Shown here: positions 59,487-64,000 of the stretch, piece by piece
Layout: the number at the start of each line of letters is the position of its first letter
How positions within the stretch are numbered: the stretch's first letter is position 1
DNA from: Cytophagaceae bacterium
GTDB taxonomy: Bacteria; Bacteroidota; Bacteroidia; Cytophagales; JAIYAX01
Assembly (NCBI GenBank): GCA_027488815.1
Contig: JAIYAX010000019.1
Location: 65,198 to 129,197, forward strand
Direction: 5' to 3'
DNA: 64,000 bases
Notes under the pieces: generated by a model
Database searches by the model: none
What the model was told of the DNA's origin: nothing
The model's input: only the letters and a program-made list of their open reading frames with translations
Made by a program: the position numbers and the translations under genes

Positions 59487-60479
59487 ATGAAAAATCTGGC
59501 TAAATTTTACCTTCCGGTTTTGATGCTGGGAATGGCCTTATTCATTTTCTCTTGCGGTGAAGATGAAGAGACCCCGGCACCTACGAATAACTGTAGTCCT
59601 ACTGCTACATATCCTGCAAACACTGGTACAGCGACTATCAATTTTGTGTATCCTGCGGATACCAATGTAACTGTTGAAGCAGGTAAGACCATTACCATAA
59701 CCGCCAACATCATTAAAGGAACCAACAGACCTCAGAAGTTGAGATTGTTTGCTTCTGGATGTATCAACGAAAAAGGTTCAGCTGTAACGCTTACAGGTCA
59801 ACCTAAAGTACAAAGTGATGGCGTGACCATTGACTTGATCAACACTGATGATCCTCAACCAAGAACTGTGATCTACACCGTACCAAGTGGCGTTAATCCC
59901 TTGTATCTGACATTTGAAGTGGATGAGTCAGGAGGAAATTTCACTCGCAGAAGAATGAAACTGAATGTAAGCGGATCAGGCATTATTGACACACAGACTG
60001 CTAAGGTTCTTGGGGGAAATGGAAATGCTTTACCTTCTCGTTTAAGTGCTTCAACAGGAGTTCTATACACTGTATGTGAAGCAGCATCAAACAAAGATTT
60101 TATTGACCTTACCTATTGGGTAACTTCAGCTGGTGATACTGCATTTATTTGCTCTAATCCTGCTCGTTCAGAGAGATTTGGTGCTCTAACTACCTCTACC
60201 ACTTGCGATGCTGAAGATCAAAACGTAGGTGGTGGCAAGCGCACTCGTTTTGCTGCTTTCTCAGGTTCTTTTGGATCTATTGACAATTCTTCATTAACCA
60301 ATGCTTCAGTTACGGCAACCAGCCCTGAGTGGATAGGTGTTGCAGCTGGAAATCTAGTCGCTTTCCGTCTTGAGGATGGACGTAAAGGTGTTTTTGAGGT
60401 CTCTTCAATCACTCCTGGAGGCACCCCTGCAACCAGAAGAGGTGGAACCATTACCTTGAATGTGAAAGTTCAACGCTAA
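59487..60479 (+). CDS. Hypothetical lipoprotein, Thr/Ser/Gly-rich
   Basis: Lipobox IFSCG and predicted beta-rich sequence. No family recognised. Confidence 0.55.
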   Translation: MKNLAKFYLPVLMLGMALFIFSCGEDEETPAPTNNCSPTATYPANTGTATINFVYPADTNVTVEAGKTITITANIIKGTNRPQKLRLFASGCINEKGSAVTLTGQPKVQSDGVTIDLINTDDPQPRTVIYTVPSGVNPLYLTFEVDESGGNFTRRRMKLNVSGSGIIDTQTAKVLGGNGNALPSRLSASTGVLYTVCEAASNKDFIDLTYWVTSAGDTAFICSNPARSERFGALTTSTTCDAEDQNVGGGKRTRFAAFSGSFGSIDNSSLTNASVTATSPEWIGVAAGNLVAFRLEDGRKGVFEVSSITPGGTPATRRGGTITLNVKVQR

Positions 60480-60503
60480 TCTTCCAACCGAACATTATTA
60501 ACG

Positions 60504-60535
60504 AAAAGGCCCATTACGGGCCTTTTCTGTTTTTA
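60504..60535 (+). terminator. Rho-independent terminator
   Basis: Stem AAAAGGCCC/GGGCCTTTT with loop ATTAC, then a T-rich tail. Confidence 0.85.
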
Positions 60536-60557
60536 TCTATTCAGCATAGTTATTCCT

Positions 60558-60565
60558 TACCTTTG
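60558..60565 (+). promoter_or_regulatory. Candidate -7 box TACCTTTG for the UbiA-DprE1-DprE2-HAD operon
   Basis: TAnnTTTG lies 14 nt upstream of the ATG at 60579, just after the terminator. Confidence 0.5.
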
Positions 60566-60578
60566 CCCATTGAATAAA

Positions 60579-61445
60579 ATGAAAGTTATTTTTCAGCTTT
60601 TAAGGCTAAGTCACTGGGTCAAAAACCTGTTTTTATTTATCCCTGCCTTTTTTGGAGGCAAACTATTTGAAGTTCAAATACTCCTTCAGGTGACAATAGG
60701 CTTTGTAGCTTATGGCCTCACCGCCTCTTCCATTTACATCATCAACGACCTCAAAGATGTGGAGAAGGACAGGCTCCACCCGGAAAAGAAAAATCGCCCC
60801 ATTGCTTCCGGTAAAGTGAATGTACGATCAGCAATTGTAGCAGCAGCACTTTGCATGGTTTTGGGATTGCTAATTTCCTGGACCATTGGTGGCAGCTTTA
60901 TCTACATTCCGTTGGCATATATCCTTATGAATTTAGCCTACACCTTTAAGCTGAAGCAGATCGCACTTATTGATATTATGATCATCTCTCTTGGTTTTCT
61001 GCTGAGGGTGTATGCCGGTGGTGTATTGGCTGATGTGCCCCTGTCGAAGTGGCTGATTATCATGATTTTTTTGTTGGCTTTGTTCCTTGCATTGGCCAAA
61101 AGACGAGATGATCTTTTGCTTGAAGACAAGGATGGAGTCAAACATCGTAAATCGCTTGATGGATACAATCTGGAGTTTGTCAACGGCTCCTTATACTTGC
61201 TCAGCTCGATCATTGTGGTCGCTTATATTTTATACACCGTTTCTGAAGAGGTCATTAGCTACCATAAAGCTGACCAACTCTATCTGAGCAGTTTCTGGGT
61301 ATTGATGGGCATGCTCCGTTATTTGCAAATTACATTGGTCGAAAAAAACAGTGGAAACCCAACCAAAATACTGATCCGGGATGGGGTGATTCAATTTATT
61401 CTGCTAGGCTGGATCATTACCTTGGCACTATTGTTTTACCTGTAG
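60579..61445 (+). CDS. UbiA-family polyprenyl-phosphate 5-phosphoribosyltransferase (Rv3806c/DPPR synthase-like)
   Basis: ORF 60570..61445, ATG at 60579. NDLKDVEKDRLHPEKKNRPIASG resembles the Rv3806c-type NDxxDxxxDRxHPxKxxRPIAxG motif. About 8-9 TM helices. Confidence 0.75.
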   Translation: MKVIFQLLRLSHWVKNLFLFIPAFFGGKLFEVQILLQVTIGFVAYGLTASSIYIINDLKDVEKDRLHPEKKNRPIASGKVNVRSAIVAAALCMVLGLLISWTIGGSFIYIPLAYILMNLAYTFKLKQIALIDIMIISLGFLLRVYAGGVLADVPLSKWLIIMIFLLALFLALAKRRDDLLLEDKDGVKHRKSLDGYNLEFVNGSLYLLSSIIVVAYILYTVSEEVISYHKADQLYLSSFWVLMGMLRYLQITLVEKNSGNPTKILIRDGVIQFILLGWIITLALLFYL

Positions 61446-61448
61446 CAG

Positions 61449-62783
61449 ATGTTTGTGCAAGAAGTCTACAATTGGGGAAGGTACCCCAGGCAATATGCAG
61501 AGGTGGTGCCAGTAAGGGATCTGGAGACTTTGTCTGAAAAATTGTCTTCCTCACAACCCTGGCTTGCCAGAGGAATGGGTCGTAGCTATGGAGATACTGC
61601 TTTATCAAGTCAAATACTCGATATGCTGCCACTAAAGCACTTTCTGCGATTTGATGAGCAAACCGGTGAGCTTGAAGCCTTGGCAGGTGCTACCCTCGAC
61701 GATGTGTTGAAGGTATTTGTTCCCAAAGGATGGTTTTTGCCTGTGACTCCGGGTACAAAATATGTTAGTCTCGGGGGTGCGCTTGCTGCTGATGTGCATG
61801 GAAAAAACCACCATTCAGAAGGTTCCTTCTCCAAGCATGTCCGTTCTTTCAGCCTGCTTACCGAAAAGGGTGAGCTTCTGGAAGTGAGCCCCGAAAACGT
61901 GGATATGTTTCAATCGACTGCGGGGGGCATGGGCCTAACAGGGATCATCGTGAAGCTGGTACTCAGGTTAAAGCCCATTGAAACCTCTTACATCAGGCAA
62001 GAAAGCTTCAAAGCAAGGAATTTAGATGAAATCTTTGCTTTGTTTGAAGCAACTCAATATGCCACATATAGTGTTGCCTGGATTAATTGCCTAAGCCAGG
62101 GCCAGGCCCTCGGCAGGTCGATACTGATGACGGGTGAACACGCCTTTAGTGATCAAGTGAGGGGTCTTAAAAAAACACTACTGGCCTCGCATTCAAACCC
62201 GAAGCTTGTGATGCCGGTCGACTTACCAGAGGTTGCTCTCAACCCGTTCAGCATCAAGGCATTTAATCTGTTGTATTACCACAAGCAGATTGCAGATAAA
62301 TCGACAAGTATCGTTCATTATGATCCTTTTTTCTACCCGCTTGACTCCATACTTCATTGGAACCGAATGTATGGAAAGAGGGGATTTACCCAATATCAGT
62401 TTGTGATTCCTCAGGAGGCCGGATTACCAACCATGAGGTCCATTTTGCAAAAGATTGCACAGAGTGGTCAGGGCTCATTTCTTGCTGTCCTTAAAGCTTT
62501 TGGAGAGCAGAATGATCTTATTTCCTTTCCTATGAAAGGCTACACACTAGCCCTTGACTTTGCCATTTCCGATCAACTGTTTCCATTGCTTGATCGCCTG
62601 GATGAAATGGTTCTTGATGCTGGCGGGCGGCTTTATTTGGCAAAAGATGTCCGGATGTCTGCTGACCTGTTTCATAAAAGCTACACAAGATCAGCTGAAT
62701 GGATTGAAATATTGAAAGGATTGAACCCCAATTGTACCTTCAGAAGTGTACAGTCAGACAGACTTAAAATCACCCCATGGTAA
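61449..62783 (+). CDS. FAD-dependent oxidoreductase, DprE1-like (polyprenyl-phospho-ribose 2'-oxidase)
   Basis: WGRYP..LARGMGRSYGDTAL closely resembles the DprE1 RGLGRSYGD block. PCMH-type FAD-binding fold. Confidence 0.75.
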   Translation: MFVQEVYNWGRYPRQYAEVVPVRDLETLSEKLSSSQPWLARGMGRSYGDTALSSQILDMLPLKHFLRFDEQTGELEALAGATLDDVLKVFVPKGWFLPVTPGTKYVSLGGALAADVHGKNHHSEGSFSKHVRSFSLLTEKGELLEVSPENVDMFQSTAGGMGLTGIIVKLVLRLKPIETSYIRQESFKARNLDEIFALFEATQYATYSVAWINCLSQGQALGRSILMTGEHAFSDQVRGLKKTLLASHSNPKLVMPVDLPEVALNPFSIKAFNLLYYHKQIADKSTSIVHYDPFFYPLDSILHWNRMYGKRGFTQYQFVIPQEAGLPTMRSILQKIAQSGQGSFLAVLKAFGEQNDLISFPMKGYTLALDFAISDQLFPLLDRLDEMVLDAGGRLYLAKDVRMSADLFHKSYTRSAEWIEILKGLNPNCTFRSVQSDRLKITPW

Positions 62784-62784
62784 T

Positions 62785-63522
62785 ATGAAACAAAAAACAC
62801 TTTTAATACTGGGTGCCCGCTCGGAGGTGGCGCAGTCCATTGCTGAATTGTTTGGCAGGAATGGCTTCGATGTCCTTCTGGCTGCCAGAAATGCAGATAA
62901 ACTGTCGAGTCTGGTAGCTGACCTTCAGATTAGAACCGGGGGGAATTTTCAAAGTGTAGAGTTCGACCTGCTGCATACCCAGGGTCATCTGGATTTTTAC
63001 AATGCTTTGCCAGCCAGACCCGATGTGGTCGTTTGTGTGGTTGGCTTATTGGGAAATCAACAAGAAGCGGAGCAAGATTATGGTCATGCCAGATTGATCA
63101 TCGAAAGCAACTTTTCCGGGGTTGTTTCCATACTGCATGTGGTTGCCGCAGACTTTGAAAAACGCCGGGCAGGTCATATATTGGCAATAGGCTCTGTTGC
63201 CGGTGACAGAGGCCGTCAGTCGAACTATGTATATGGAGCTGCAAAGGCAGGTCTTGCCACATTTTTATCTGGTTTGAGAAACAGGCTTCATAACTCAAAA
63301 GTGAAAGTAAGTACGATCAAACCAGGCTTCATCCGTACCCGAATGACCGAAGGAATGAAGCTTCCTCCTTTCATTACGGCCGAACCTATTGAAGTGGCCA
63401 AAGCTGTCTATATGGCTTATGTGGATCAGAAAAATGTGGTGTATGTCCTTTGGCCCTGGCGTTATATTATGTTGATAATCAAAAGCATACCTGAATTTAT
63501 CTTTAAAAAACTTAAGCTTTGA
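62785..63522 (+). CDS. Short-chain dehydrogenase/reductase, DprE2-like
   Basis: ORF 62746..63522. The ATG at 62785 lies 1 nt after the upstream stop. LILGARSEVAQ Rossmann motif and YVYGAAKAG (YxxxK). Confidence 0.75.
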   Translation: MKQKTLLILGARSEVAQSIAELFGRNGFDVLLAARNADKLSSLVADLQIRTGGNFQSVEFDLLHTQGHLDFYNALPARPDVVVCVVGLLGNQQEAEQDYGHARLIIESNFSGVVSILHVVAADFEKRRAGHILAIGSVAGDRGRQSNYVYGAAKAGLATFLSGLRNRLHNSKVKVSTIKPGFIRTRMTEGMKLPPFITAEPIEVAKAVYMAYVDQKNVVYVLWPWRYIMLIIKSIPEFIFKKLKL

Positions 63523-64000
63523 GCGAGTTGGGAAAAGCTGCAAAAGGCATTGCTTTTTTTGATTTTGACGGGACGATTACCCGCAAAGACAGCTTTATTG
63601 ATTTCATTCGATTTGCAAAAGGCTGGCCAAGATTTATTCTGGGATTTGCGCTGTTGATGCCTATCCTGATTTTATATAAACTGAAGTTATTGGCCAATCA
63701 TACAGCTAAGCAACTCGTCATCCGTTACTTTTTTGCGGGTATGCCCCTGGAAAAGATGAAAGAATTAGGAAAACAATATGCCCTTACACGCCTTCCTCAG
63801 ATTTTACGAAGGGAAGCTTTTGAAAAGCTCAAATGGCATATGAACCGACAACACCAGGTCGTAGTGGTGTCAGCTTCAGCGGACCTGTGGATCATGGAAT
63901 GGTGTAAAAAGTTAAATATCGAATGCATTTCCACCCAGCTGGAAACAAAGCAAGGAAAAATAACAGGCAGATTAGCCGCTTTAAACTGCTATGGCATTGA
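63519..64000 (+). CDS. HAD-superfamily subfamily IB hydrolase (phosphatase), 3' end cut by the window edge
   Basis: Absent from the ORF track because it runs off the edge. The frame is open from the stop at 63513-63515. TTG starts are at 63519 (TTGA overlap with the SDR stop) or 63528. Motif I is AFFDFDGTIT, followed later by VVVSAS. Confidence 0.7.
   Translation, partial: MSELGKAAKGIAFFDFDGTITRKDSFIDFIRFAKGWPRFILGFALLMPILILYKLKLLANHTAKQLVIRYFFAGMPLEKMKELGKQYALTRLPQILRREAFEKLKWHMNRQHQVVVVSASADLWIMEWCKKLNIECISTQLETKQGKITGRLAALNCYGI

Noticed and set aside
60579-61445. The UbiA-family gene as the DGGGPS partner of the GGGPS gene at 53724-54476, which together would form an archaeal-type diether-lipid pathway.
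   Set aside because: The two genes are 6 kb apart in different transcription units. The UbiA protein is translationally coupled to DprE1- and DprE2-like genes. It carries the DRxHPxKxxRPIAxG signature that I associate with phosphoribosyltransferases rather than DGGGP synthases.
1-64000. A whole-window look for CRISPR arrays, IS elements or transposases, reverse transcriptases, restriction-modification genes, toxin-antitoxin pairs or known defence-system genes.
   Set aside because: I saw no regularly spaced repeats and no proteins with such signatures. This was an unaided visual scan, so short or degenerate repeats could have been missed.

Overview
The window reads as a chromosomal segment from a Bacteroidota-type genome. 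Supporting signs are recurrent TAnnTTTG -7 promoter boxes 20-30 nt upstream of start codons, many lipoproteins with L-x-x-C lipoboxes, DUF4270/DUF4369-style proteins, a Wza-Wzc-CpsB export module and a GGGPS homologue. I can support about 58 protein-coding genes, one tRNA-Arg(CCT), three clear rho-independent terminators and several candidate promoters. Two of the genes run off the window edges and are missing from the ORF track. I recognised no rRNA, CRISPR array, transposase, integrase, phage module or known defence system. Most of the content is core housekeeping: panC, panD, glmS, ridA, gltX, sucA-sucB-lpd, uvrB, aroE, hflX, dapF, secA, DPP-IV and an acyl-CoA dehydrogenase. The non-routine observations, in decreasing order of interest, are these. 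(1) At the right edge, a translationally coupled operon encodes homologues of the mycobacterial decaprenyl-phospho-arabinose donor pathway (UbiA phosphoribosyltransferase, DprE1-like FAD enzyme, DprE2-like SDR) plus a HAD-IB phosphatase. (2) A compact operon encodes a cupin, an OxyR-like LysR protein lacking the sensing cysteine, a cNMP/CBS/DUF294 nucleotidyltransferase and a DEDDh exonuclease, preceded by a perfect 14-bp palindrome. (3) A C8 homopolymer sits in the 5' part of the wzc tyrosine-kinase gene and could act as a phase-variation switch. (4) An archaeal-type GGGP synthase homologue is present. (5) An orphan phosphosulfolactate synthase lies next to a DUF368/PopT-type membrane protein. 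(6) A NYN-cold-shock-domain fusion is coupled to a cysteine-less thioredoxin-like lipoprotein. None of these is demonstrably a new system from sequence alone. All functional calls rest on motif and family recognition by eye, not on database searches.
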